A DNA stretch of 64,000 bases, taken from assembly GCF_009914755.1 (NCBI RefSeq), contig NC_060947.1; one strand, given 5' to 3'. How positions within the stretch are numbered: the stretch's first letter is position 1; every line of letters starts with the position of its first letter. A program made the position numbers and the translations under genes. The notes beneath the pieces are model-generated. The model searched no databases, was not told the origin of the DNA, and saw nothing but the letters and a program-made list of their open reading frames with translations. Shown here one piece after another: positions 40,801 through 54,200 of the stretch. The stretch comes from the human T2T-CHM13v2.0 reference genome, Homo sapiens.

Positions 40801-42299
40801 CTACAAGGGTGTTGCAAACCTGAACTATCAAAGGAAGGTTCAACTCTGTGAGTTGAATACAAACATCACAAAGAATGTTCTGAGTTTGCTTCCGTTCAGT
40901 TATGGGAAGTTGATCCCGTTCCCAACGAAATCCTCAGAGAGGTCCAAATATCCCCTTGCAGATTCTACAAAACGTGTGTTTGGAAACTGCTCCATCATAA
41001 CGAATGTTCAGCTCCCTGAGTTAAACTCCATCGTCACAAAGAATTTTCTGAGAGTGCTACCGTCTGGTTTTTATATGAAGCTCTTTCCTTCACTACCACA
41101 GGCCTCAAAGCGGTCCAAATCTCCACTTGCAGATTCTACAAAAAGAGTGTTTGCAAACTGCTCTATCAAAAGGAATGTTCAACTCTGGGAGTTGAATGCA
41201 ATCATCACAGAGCAGTTTCTGAGAATGCTTCTATGTCGTTTTTAGGAGAAGATATTTCCTTTTCCAACACAGTCCTCCAAGCCCGCTAAATAGCCACTTG
41301 CACATTGTAGAAAAAGTGTGTCAAAGCTGCGCTATCAAAGGGAAAGTTCAACTCTGTGAGGTGAATGCAAACATCCCAAAGAAGTTTCTGAGAATGCTTC
41401 CGTTGAGCTTTTAGGTGAAGATTATCCCGTTTCCAACGAAACCTTCAAAGAGGTCCAAATATCCCCTTGCGGATCCCACAGAAAGAGTGTTTCGAAACTG
41501 CTGTTTCAAAAGGAATCTTCAACTCTGTGAGTTGAATGCAATCATCACAAAGAAGTTTCTGACAATGCTTCTCTCTCGTCTTTCTGTGAAGATAAAGGAA
41601 AAGGCTTTCAGGCCTTTTCCACCACAGGCCTGAAAGCGCTCCAAATGTCCACTTGCAGATTCTGCCAAAAGAATATTTCAAAACTGCTCTATGAAAAGCA
41701 ATGTTAAACTCTGTGGCTCGAACACAAACATCACAAAGCGGTTTCTGAGAATGCTTCAGTTTAGTTTTTCTGTGGAAATATTCCCGTTTCCAAAGAAATC
41801 TTCAAAGAGGTCCACGTATCCACTTACAGATTCTACAAAAAGACAGTTTCAAAACTGCTCCATCAAAAGGAGGGTTCAACTGTGTGACTTGAATGCAATC
41901 ATCACTCAGAAGTTTCTGAGAATGCTTCTCTTTAGTTTTTACGTGAACATATACCCGTTTCGAACGAAGGCCACCCAGTGGTCCAAATATCCACTTGCAG
42001 ATTCTACAGAAAGAGTGTTTCGAACCTGAACTCTCAAAGGCAGGTTCATCTCTGCGAGTTAAATGCATTCATCATGAAGAACTTTCTCAGAGTGTTTGTG
42101 TTTAGTTATGGGAAATTATTCCCGTTTCCAACGAAATCCTCAGAGAGCTCCAAATATCCACCTGCAGATTCTACCAAAAGTGTATTTGGAAACTGCTCCA
42201 TCAAAAGGCATGTTCAGCTCTGTGAGTGAAACTCCATCATCACAAAGAATATTCTGAGAATGCTTCCGTTTGCCTTTTATATGAAGTTCCTTCCTATAC

Positions 42300-45200
42300 T
42301 ACCGTAGGCCTCAAAGCAGTCCAAATCTCCATTTGCAGATTCTACAAAAAGAGTGATTCCAATCTGCTCTATCAATAGGATTGTTCAACTCCATGAGTTG
42401 AATGCCATCCTCACAAAGTCGTTTCTGAGAATGCTTCTATCTAGTTTTAATGTGAAGATATTTCCTTTTCCACCACAGGCCTCAAAGCCCTCCAAACGTC
42501 CACTTGCAGATTTTCGAAAAAGAGTGTTTCATAGCTGCTCTTTCAAAAGGAAAGTTCAACTCTGGGAGTTGAATACAAACATCACAAAGTAGTTTCCGAG
42601 AATGCTTCTGTTTAGTTTTTATGTGAAGATGATCCCGTTTCCAGTGAAATCTTCAAAGAGGTCCACATATCCCCTTGCAGATTCCAAAGAAAGAGGGTTT
42701 CAAAACTGCTCCATCAGAAGGATTGTTCAACTCTGTGAGTGGAATGCAGTCATCGCAGAAAACTTTCTGAGAATGCTTCTGTCTAGGTTTGATGTGAAGA
42801 TATAGACGTTTCAAACGAAGGCTACAAAGTGGTCAAAATATACACTTGCAGATTCTACTACAAGGGTGTTGCAAACCTGAACTATCAAAGGAAGGTTCAA
42901 CTCTGTGAGTTGAATACAAACATCACAAAGAATGTTCTGAGTTTGCTTCCGTTCAGTTATGGGAAGTTGATCCCGTTTCCAACGAAATCCTCAGAGAGGT
43001 CCAAATATCCCCTTGCAGATTCTACAAAACGTGTGTTTGGAAACTGCTCCATCATAACGAATGTTCAGCTCCCTGAGTTAAACTCCATCGTCACAAAGAA
43101 TTTTCTGAGAGTGCTACCGTCTGGTTTTTATATGAAGCTCTTTCCTTCACTACCACAGACCTCAAAGCGGTCCAAATCTCCACTTGCAGATTCTACAAAA
43201 AGAGTGTTTGCAAACTGCTCTATCAAAAGGAATGTTCAACTCTGGGAGTTGAATGCAATCATCACAGAGCAGTTTCTGAGAATGCTTCTATGTCGTTTTT
43301 AGGAGAAGATATTTCCTTTTCCAACACAGTCCTCCAAGCCCGCTAAATAGCCACTTGCACATTGTAGAAAAAGTGTGTCAAAGCTGCGCTATCAAAGGGA
43401 AAGTTCAACTCTGTGAGGTGAATGCAAACATCCCAAAGAAGTTTCTGAGAATGCTTCCGTTTAGCTTTTAGGTGAAGATTATCCCGTTTCCAACGAAACC
43501 TTCAAAGAGGTCCAAATATCCCCTTGCGGATCCCACAGAAAGAGTGTTTCGAAACTGCTGTTTCAAAAGGAATCTTCAACTCTGTGAGTTGAATGCAATC
43601 ATCACAAAGAAGTTTCTGACAATGCTTCTCTCTCGTCTTTCTGTGAAGATAAAGGAAAAGGCTTTCAGGCCTTTTCCACCACAGGCCTGAAAGCGCTCCA
43701 AATGTCCACTTGCAGATTCTGCCAAAAGAATATTTCAAAACTGCTCTATGAAAAGCAATGTTAAACTCTGTGGCTCGAACACAAACATCACAAAGCGGTT
43801 TCTGAGAATGCTTCAGTTTAGTTTTTCTGTGGAAATATTCCCGTTTCCAAAGAAATCTTCAAAGAGGTCCACGTATCCACTTACAGATTCTACAAAAAGA
43901 CAGTTTCAAAACTGCTCCATCAAAAGGAGGGTTCAACTGTGTGACTTGAATGCAATCATCACTCAGAAGTTTCTGAGAATGCTTCTCTTTAGTTTTTACG
44001 TGAACATATACCCGTTTCGAACGAAGGCCAGCCAGTGGTCCAAATATCCACTTGCAGATTCTACAGAAAGAGTGTTTCGAACCTGAACTCTCAAAGGCAG
44101 GTTCATCTCTGCGAGTTAAATGCATTCATCATGAAGAACTTTCTCAGAGTGTTTGTGTTTAGTTATGGGAAATTATTCCCGTTTCCAACGAAATCCTCAG
44201 AGAGCTCCAAATATCCACCTGCAGATTCTACCAAAAGTGTATTTGGAAACTGCTCCATCAAAAGGCATGTTCAGCTCTGTGAGTGAAACTCCATCATCAC
44301 AAAGAATATTCTGAGAATGCTTCCGTTTGCCTTTTATATGAAGTTCCTTCCTATACTACCGTAGGCCTCAAAGCAGTCCAAATCTCCATTTGCAGATTCT
44401 ACAAAAAGAGTGATTCCAATCTGCTCTATCAATAGGATTGTTCAACTCCATGAGTTGAATGCCATCCTCACAAAGTCGTTTCTGAGAATGCTTCTATCTA
44501 GTTTTAATGTGAAGATATTTCCTTTTCCACCACAGGCCTCAAAGCCCTCCAAACGTCCACTTGCAGATTCTCGAAAAAGAGTGTTTCATAGCTGCTCTTT
44601 CAAAAGGAAAGTTCAACTCTGGGAGTTGAATACAAACATCACAAAGTAGTTTCCGAGAATGCTTCTGTTTAGTTTTTATGTGAAGATGATCCCGTTTCCA
44701 GTGAAATCTTCAAAGAGGTCCACATATCCCCTTGCAGATTCCAAAGAAAGAGGGTTTCAAAACTGCTCCATCAGAAGGATTGTTCAACTCTGTGAGTGGA
44801 ATGCAGTCATCGCAGAAAACTTTCTGAGAATGCTTCTGTCTAGGTTTGATGTGAAGATATAGACGTTTCAAACGAAGGCTACAAAGTGGTCAAAATATAC
44901 ACTTGCAGATTCTACTACAAGGGTGTTGCAAACCTGAACTATCAAAGGAAGGTTCAACTCTGTGAGTTGAATACAAACATCACAAAGAATGTTCTGAGTT
45001 TGCTTCCGTTCAGTTATGGGAAGTTGATCCCGTTTCCAACGAAATCCTCAGAGAGGTCCAAATATCCCCTTGCAGATTCTACAAAACGTGTGTTTGGAAA
45101 CTGCTCCATCATAACGAATGTTCAGCTCCCTGAGTTAAACTCCATCGTCACAAAGAATTTTCTGAGAGTGCTACCGTCTGGTTTTTATATGAAGCTCTTT

Positions 45201-48200
45201 CCTTCACTACCACAGACCTCAAAGCGGTCCAAATCTCCACTTGCAGATTCTACAAAAAGAGTGTTTGCCAACTGCTCTATCAAAAGGAATGTTCAACTCT
45301 GGGAGTTGAATGCAATCATCACAGAGCAGTTTCTGAGAATGCTTCTATGTCGTTTTTAGGAGAAGATATTTCCTTTTCCAACACAGTCCTCCAAGCCCGC
45401 TAAATAGCCACTTGCACATTGTAGAAAAAGTGTGTCAAAGCTGCGCTATCAAAGGGAAAGTTCAACTCTGTGAGGTGAATGCAAACATCCCAAAGAAGTT
45501 TCTGAGAATGCTTCCGTTTAGCTTTTAGGTGAAGATTATCCCGTTTCCAATGAAACCTTCAAAGAGGTCCAAATATCCCCTTGCGGATCCCACAGAAAGA
45601 GTGTTTCGAAACTGCTGTTTCAAAAGGAATCTTCAACTCTGTGAGTTGAATGCAATCATCACAAAGAAGTTTCTGACAATGCTTCTCTCTCGTCTTTCTG
45701 TGAAGATAAAGGAAAAGGCTTTCAGGCCTTTTCCACCACAGGCCTGAAAGCGCTCCAAATGTCCACTTGCAGATTCTGCCAAAAGAATATTTCAAAACTG
45801 CTCTATGAAAAGCAATGTTAAACTCTGTGGCTCGAACACAAACATCACAAAGCGGTTTCTGAGAATGCTTCAGTTTAGTTTTTCTGTGGAAATATTCCCG
45901 TTTCCAAAGAAATCTTCAAAGAGGTCCACGTATCCACTTACAGATTCTACAAAAAGACAGTTTCAAAACTGCTCCATCAAAAGGAGGGTTCAACTGTGTG
46001 ACTTGAATGCAATCATCACTCAGAAGTTTCTGAGAATGCTTCTCTTTAGTTTTTACGTGAACATATACCCGTTTCGAACGAAGGCCAGCCAGTGGTCCAA
46101 ATATCCACTTGCAGATTCTACAGAAAGAGTGTTTCGAACCTGAACTCTCAAAGGCAGGTTCATCTCTGCGAGTTAAATGCATTCATCATGAAGAACTTTC
46201 TCAGAGTGTTTGTGTTTAGTTATGGGAAATTATTCCCGTTTCCAACGAAATCCTCAGAGAGCTCCAAATATCCACCTGCAGATTCTACCAAAAGTGTATT
46301 TGGAAACTGCTCCATCAAAAGGCATGTTCAGCTCTGTGAGTGAAACTCCATCATCACAAAGAATATTCTGAGAATGCTTCCGTTTGCCTTTTATATGAAC
46401 TTCCTTCCTATACTACCGTAGGCCTCAAAGCAGTCCAAATCTCCATTTGCAGATTCTACAAAAAGAGTGATTCCAATCTGCTCTATCAATAGGATTGTTC
46501 AACTCCATGAGTTGAATGCCATCCTCACAAAGTCGTTTCTGAGAATGCTTCTATCTAGTTTTAATGTGAAGATATTTCCTTTTCCACCACAGGCCTCAAA
46601 GCCCTCCAAACGTCCACTTGCAGATTCTCGAAAAAGAGTGTTTCATAGCTGCTCTTTCAAAAGGAAAGTTCAACTCTGGGAGTTGAATACAAACATCACA
46701 AAGTAGTTTCCGAGAATGCTTCTGTTTAGTTTTTATGTGAAGATGATCCCGTTTCCAGTGAAATCTTCAAAGAGGTCCACATATCCCCTTGCAGATTCCA
46801 AAGAAAGAGGGTTTCAAAACTGCTCCATCAGAAGGATTGTTCAACTCTGTGAGTGGAATGCAGTCATCGCAGAAAACTTTCTGAGAATGCTTCTGTCTAG
46901 GTTTGATGTGAAGATATAGACGTTTCAAACGAAGGCTACAAAGTGGTCAAAATATACACTTGCAGATTCTACTACAAGGGTGTTGCAAACCTGAACTATC
47001 AAAGGAAGGTTCAACTCTGTGAGTTGAATACAAACATCACAAAGAATGTTCTGAGTTTGCTTCCGTTCAGTTATGGGAAGTTGATCCCGTTTCCAACGAA
47101 ATCCTCAGAGAGGTCCAAATATCCCCTTGCAGATTCTACAAAACGTGTGTTTGGAAACTGCTCCATCATAACGAATGTTCAGCTCCCTGAGTTAAACTCC
47201 ATCGTCACAAAGAATTTTCTGAGAGTGCTACCGTCTGGTTTTTATATGAAGCTCTTTCCTTCACTACCACAGACCTCAAAGCGGTCCAAATCTCCACTTG
47301 CAGATTCTACAAAAAGAGTGTTTGCAAACTGCTCTATCAAAAGGAATGTTCAACTCTGGGAGTTGAATGCAATCATCACAGAGCAGTTTCTGAGAATGCT
47401 TCTATGTCGTTTTTAGGAGAAGATATTTCCTTTTCCAACACAGTCCTCCAAGCCCGCTAAATAGCCACTTGCACATTGTAGAAAAAGTGTGTCAAAGCTG
47501 CGCTATCAAAGGGAAAGTTCAACTCTGTGAGGTGAATGCAAACATCCCAAAGAAGTTTCTGAGAATGCTTCCGTTTAGGTTTTAGGTGAAGATTATCCCG
47601 TTTCCAACGAAACCTTCAAAGAGGTCCAAATATCCCCTTGCGGATCCCACAGAAAGAGTGTTTCGAAACTGCTGTTTCAAAAGGAATCTTCAACTCTGTG
47701 AGTTGAATGCAATCATCACAAAGAAGTTTCTGACAATGCTTCTCTCTCGTCTTTCTGTGAAGATAAAGGAAAAGGCTTTCAGGCCTTTTCCACCACAGGC
47801 CTGAAAGCGCTCCAAATGTCCACTTGCAGATTCTGCCAAAAGAATATTTCAAAACTGCTCTATGAAAAGCAATGTTAAACTCTGTGGCTCGAACACAAAC
47901 ATCACAAAGCGGTTTCTGAGAATGCTTCAGTTTAGTTTTTCTGTGGAAATATTCCCGTTTCCAAAGAAATCTTCAAAGAGGTCCACGTATCCACTTACAG
48001 ATTCTACAAAAAGACAGTTTCAAAACTGCTCCATCAAAAGGAGGGTTCAACTGTGTGACTTGAATGCAATCATCACTCAGAAGTTTCTGAGAATGCTTCT
48101 CTTTAGTTTTTACGTGAACATATACCCGTTTCGAACGAAGGCCAGCCAGTGGTCCAAATATCCACTTGCAGATTCTACAGAAAGAGTGTTTCGAACCTGA

Positions 48201-51200
48201 ACTCTCAAAGGCAGGTTCATCTCTGCGAGTTAAATGCATTCATCATGAAGAACTTTCTCAGAGTGTTTGTGTTTAGTTATGGGAAATTATTCCCGTTTCC
48301 AACGAAATCCTCAGAGAGCTCCAAATATCCACCTGCAGATTCTACCAAAAGTGTATTTGGAAACTGCTCCATCAAAAGGCATGTTCAGCTCTGTGAGTGA
48401 AACTCCATCATCACAAAGAATATTCTGAGAATGCTTCCGTTTGCCTTTTATATGAAGTTCCTTCCTATACGACCGTAGGCCTCAAAGCAGTCCAAATCTC
48501 CATTTGCAGATTCTACAAAAAGAGTGATTCCAATCTGCTCTATCAATAGGATTGTTCAACTCCATGAGTTGAATGCCATCCTCACAAAGTCGTTTCTGAG
48601 AATGCTTCTATCTAGTTTTAATGTGAAGATATTTCCTTTTCCACCACAGGCCTCAAAGCCCTCCAAACGTCCACTTGCAGATTCTCGAAAAAGAGTGTTT
48701 CATAGCTGCTCTTTCAAAAGGAAAGTTCAACTCTGGGAGTTGAATACAAACATCACAAAGTAGTTTCCGAGAATGCTTCTGTTTAGTTTTTATGTGAAGA
48801 TGATCCCGTTTCCAGTGAAATCTTCAAAGAGGTCCACATATCCCCTTGCAGATTCCAAAGAAAGAGGGTTTCAAAACTGCTCCATCAGAAGGATTGTTCA
48901 ACTCTGTGAGTGGAATGCAGTCATCGCAGAAAACTTTCTGAGAATGCTTCTGTCTAGGTTTGATGTGAAGATATAGACGTTTCAAACGAAGGCTACAAAG
49001 TGGTCAAAATATACACTTGCAGATTCTACTACAAGGGTGTTGCAAACCTGAACTATCAAAGGAAGGTTCAACTCTGTGAGTTGAATACAAACATCACAAA
49101 GAATGTTCTGAGTTTGCTTCCGTTCAGTTATGGGAAGTTGATCCCGTTTCCAACGAAATCCTCAGAGAGGTCCAAATATCCCCTTGCAGATTCTACAAAA
49201 CGTGTGTTTGGAAACTGCTCCATCATAACGAATGTTCAGCTCCCTGAGTTAAACTCCATCGTCACAAAGAATTTTCTGAGAGTGCTACCGTCTGGTTTTT
49301 ATATGAAGCTCTTTCCTTCACTACCACAGGCCTCAAAGCGGTCCAAATCTCCACTTGCAGATTCTACAAAAAGAGTGTTTGCAAACTGCTCTATCAAAAG
49401 GAATGTTCAACTCTGGGAGTTGAATGCAATCATCACAGAGCAGTTTCTGAGAATGCTTCTATGTCGTTTTTAGGAGAAGATATTTCCTTTTCCAACACAG
49501 TCCTCCAAGCCCGCTAAATAGCTACTTGCACATTGTAGAAAAAGTGTGTCAAAGCTGCGCTATCAAAGGGAAAGTTCAACTCTGTGAGGTGAATGCAAAC
49601 ATCCCAAAGAAGTTTCTGAGAATGCTTCCGTTTAGCTTTTAGGTGAAGATTATCCCGTTTCCAACGAAACCTTCAAAGAGGTCCAAATATCCCCTTGCGG
49701 ATCCCACAGAAAGAGTGTTTCGAAACTGCTGTTTCAAAAGGAATCTTCAACTCTGTGAGTTGAATGCAATCATCACAAAGAAGTTTCTGACAATGCTTCT
49801 CTCTCGTCTTTCTGTGAAGATAAAGGAAAAGGCTTTCAGGCCTTTTCCACCACAGGCCTGAAAGCGCTCCAAATGTCCACTTGCAGATTCTGCCAAAAGA
49901 ATATTTCAAAACTGCTCTATGAAAAGCAATGTTAAACTCTGTGGCTCGAACACAAACATCACAAAGCGGTTTCTGAGAATGCTTCAGTTTAGTTTTTCTG
50001 TGGAAATATTCCCGTTTCCAAAGAAATCTTCAAAGAGGTCCACGTATCCACTTACAGATTCTACAAAAAGACAGTTTCAAAACTGCTCCATCAAAAGGAG
50101 GGTTCAACTGTGTGACTTGAATGCAATCATCACTCAGAAGTTTCTGAGAATGCTTCTCTTTAGTTTTTACGTGAACATATACCCGTTTCGAACGAAGGCC
50201 AGCCAGTGGTCCAAATATCCACTTGCAGATTCTACAGAAAGAGTGTTTCGAACCTGAACTCTCAAAGGCAGGTTCATCTCTGAGAGTTCAATGCATTCAT
50301 CATGAAGAACTTTCTCAGAGTGTTTGTGTTTAGTTATGGGAAATTATTCCCGTTTCCAACGAAATCCTCAGAGAGCTCCAAATATCCACCTGCAGATTCT
50401 ACCAAAAGTGTATTTGGAAACTGCTCCATCAAAAGGCATGTTCAGCTCTGTGAGTGAAACTCCATCATCACAAAGAATATTCTGAGAATGCTTCCGTTTG
50501 CCTTTTATATGAAGTTCCTTCCTATACGACCGTAGGCCTCAAAGCAGTCCAAATCTCCATTTGCAGATTCTACAAAAAGAGTGATTCCAATCTGCTCTAT
50601 CAATAGGATTGTTCAACTCCATGAGTTGAATGCCATCCTCACAAAGTCGTTTCTGAGAATGCTTCTATCTAGTTTTTATGTGAAGATATTTCCTTTTCCA
50701 CCACAGGCCTCAAAGCCCTCCAAACGTCCACTTGCAGATTCTCGAAAAAGAGTGTTTCATAGCTGCTCTTTCAAAAGGAAAGTTCAACTCTGGGAGTTGA
50801 ATACAAACATCACAAAGTAGTTTCCGAGAATGCTTCTGTTTAGTTTTTATGTGAAGATGATCCCGTTTCCAGTGAAATCTTCAAAGAGGTCCACATATCC
50901 CCTTGCAGATTCCAAAGAAAGAGGGTTTCAAAACTGCTCCATCAGAAGGATTGTTCAACTCTGTGAGTGGAATGCAGTCATCGCAGAAAACTTTCTGAGA
51001 ATGCTTCTGTCTAGGTTTGATGTGAAGATATAGACGTTTCAAACGAAGGCTACAAAGTGGTCAAAATATACACTTGCAGATTCTACTACAAGGGTGTTGC
51101 AAACCTGAACTATCAAAGGAAGGTTCAACTCTGTGAGTTGAATACAAACATCACAAAGAATGTTCTGAGTTTGCTTCCGTTCAGTTATGGGAAGTTGATC

Positions 51201-54200
51201 CCGTTTCCAACGAAATCCTCAGAGAGGTCCAAATATCCCCTTGCAGATTCTACAAAACGTGTGTTTGGAAACTGCTCCATCATAACGAATGTTCAGCTCC
51301 CTGAGTTAAACTCCATCGTCACAAAGAATTTTCTGAGAGTGCTACCGTCTGGTTTTTATATGAAGCTCTTTCCTTCACTACCACAGACCTCAAAGCGGTC
51401 CAAATCTCCACTTGCAGATTCTACAAAAAGAGTGTTTGCCAACTGCTCTATCAAAAGGAATGTTCAACTCTGGGAGTTGAATGCAATCATCACAGAGCAG
51501 TTTCTGAGAATGCTTCTATGTCGTTTTTAGGAGAAGATATTTCCTTTTCCAACACAGTCCTCCAAGCCCGCTAAATAGCCACTTGCACATTGTAGAAAAA
51601 GTGTGTCAAAGCTGCGCTATCAAAGGGAAAGTTCAACTCTGTGAGGTGAATGCAAACATCCCAAAGAAGTTTCTGAGAATGCTTCCGTTTAGCTTTTAGG
51701 TGAAGATTATCCCGTTTCCAACGAAACCTTCAAAGAGGTCCAAATATCCCCTTGCGGATCCCACAGAAAGAGTGTTTCGAAACTGCTGTTTCAAAAGGAA
51801 TCTTCAACTCTGTGAGTTGAATGCAATCATCACAAAGAAGTTTCTGACAATGCTTCTCTCTCGTCTTTCTGTGAAGATAAAGGAAAAGGCTTTCAGGCCT
51901 TTTCCACCACAGGCCTGAAAGCGCTCCAAATGTCCACTTGCAGATTCTGCCAAAAGAATATTTCAAAACTGCTCTATGAAAAGCAATGTTAAACTCTGTG
52001 GCTCGAACACAAACATCACAAAGCGGTTTCTGAGAATGCTTCAGTTTAGTTTTTCTGTGGAAATATTCCCGTTTCCAAAGAAATCTTCAAAGAGGTCCAC
52101 GTATCCACTTACAGATTCTACAAAAAGACAGTTTCAAAACTGCTCCATCAAAAGGAGGGTTCAACTGTGTGACTTGAATGCAATCATCACTCAGAAGTTT
52201 CTGAGAATGCTTCTCTTTAGTTTTTACGTGAACATATACCCGTTTCGAACGAAGGCCAGCCAGTGGTCCAAATATCCACTTGCAGATTCTACAGAAAGAG
52301 TGTTTCGAACCTGAACTCTCAAAGGCAGGTTCATCTCTGCGAGTTAAATGCATTCATCATGAAGAACTTTCTCAGAGTGTTTGTGTTTAGTTATGGGAAA
52401 TTATTCCCGTTTCCAACGAAATCCTCAGAGAGCTCCAAATATCCACCTGCAGATTCTACCAAAAGTGTATTTGGAAACTGCTCCATCAAAAGGCATGTTC
52501 AGCTCTGTGAGTGAAACTCCATCATCACAAAGAATATTCTGAGAATGCTTCCGTTTGCCTTTTATATGAACTTCCTTCCTATACTACCGTAGGCCTCAAA
52601 GCAGTCCAAATCTCCATTTGCAGATTCTACAAAAAGAGTGATTCCAATCTGCTCTATCAATAGGATTGTTCAACTCCATGAGTTGAATGCCATCCTCACA
52701 AAGTCGTTTCTGAGAATGCTTCTATCTAGTTTTAATGTGAAGATATTTCCTTTTCCACCACAGGCCTCAAAGCCCTCCAAACGTCCACTTGCAGATTCTC
52801 GAAAAAGAGTGTTTCATAGCTGCTCTTTCAAAAGGAAAGTTCAACTCTGGGAGTTGAATACAAACATCACAAAGTAGTTTCCGAGAATGCTTCTGTTTAG
52901 TTTTTATGTGAAGATGATCCCGTTTCCAGTGAAATCTTCAAAGAGGTCCACATATCCCCTTGCAGATTCCAAAGAAAGAGGGTTTCAAAACTGCTCCATC
53001 AGAAGGATTGTTCAACTCTGTGAGTGGAATGCAGTCATCGCAGAAAACTTTCTGAGAATGCTTCTGTCTAGGTTTGATGTGAAGATATAGACGTTTCAAA
53101 CGAAGGCTACAAAGTGGTCAAAATATACACTTGCAGATTCTACTACAAGGGTGTTGCAAACCTGAACTATCAAAGGAAGGTTCAACTCTGTGAGTTGAAT
53201 ACAAACATCACAAAGAATGTTCTGAGTTTGCTTCCGTTCAGTTATGGGAAGTTGATCCCGTTTCCAACGAAATCCTCAGAGAGGTCCAAATATCCCCTTG
53301 CAGATTCTACAAAACGTGTGTTTGGAAACTGCTCCATCATAACGAATGTTCAGCTCCCTGAGTTAAACTCCATCGTCACAAAGAATTTTCTGAGAGTGCT
53401 ACCGTCTGGTTTTTATATGAAGCTCTTTCCTTCACTACCACAGACCTCAAAGCGGTCCAAATCTCCACTTGCAGATTCTACAAAAAGAGTGTTTGCAAAC
53501 TGCTCTATCAAAAGGAATGTTCAACTCTGGGAGTTGAATGCAATCATCACAGAGCAGTTTCTGAGAATGCTTCTATGTCGTTTTTAGGAGAAGATATTTC
53601 CTTTTCCAACACAGTCCTCCAAGCCCGCTAAATAGCCACTTGCACATTGTAGAAAAAGTGTGTCAAAGCTGCGCTATCAAAGGGAAAGTTCAACTCTGTG
53701 AGGTGAATGCAAACATCCCAAAGAAGTTTCTGAGAATGCTTCCGTTTAGCTTTTAGGTGAAGATTATCCCGTTTCCAACGAAACCTTCAAAGAGGTCCAA
53801 ATATCCCCTTGCGGATCCCACAGAAAGAGTGTTTCGAAACTGCTGTTTCAAAAGGAATCTTCAACTCTGTGAGTTGAATGCAATCATCACAAAGAAGTTT
53901 CTGACAATGCTTCTCTCTCGTCTTTCTGTGAAGATAAAGGAAAAGGCTTTCAGGCCTTTTCCACCACAGGCCTGAAAGCGCTCCAAATGTCCACTTGCAG
54001 ATTCTGCCAAAAGAATATTTCAAAACTGCTCTATGAAAAGCAATGTTAAACTCTGTGGCTCGAACACAAACATCACAAAGCGGTTTCTGAGAATGCTTCA
54101 GTTTAGTTTTTCTGTGGAAATATTCCCGTTTCCAAAGAAATCTTCAAAGAGGTCCACGTATCCACTTACAGATTCTACAAAAAGACAGTTTCAAAACTGC

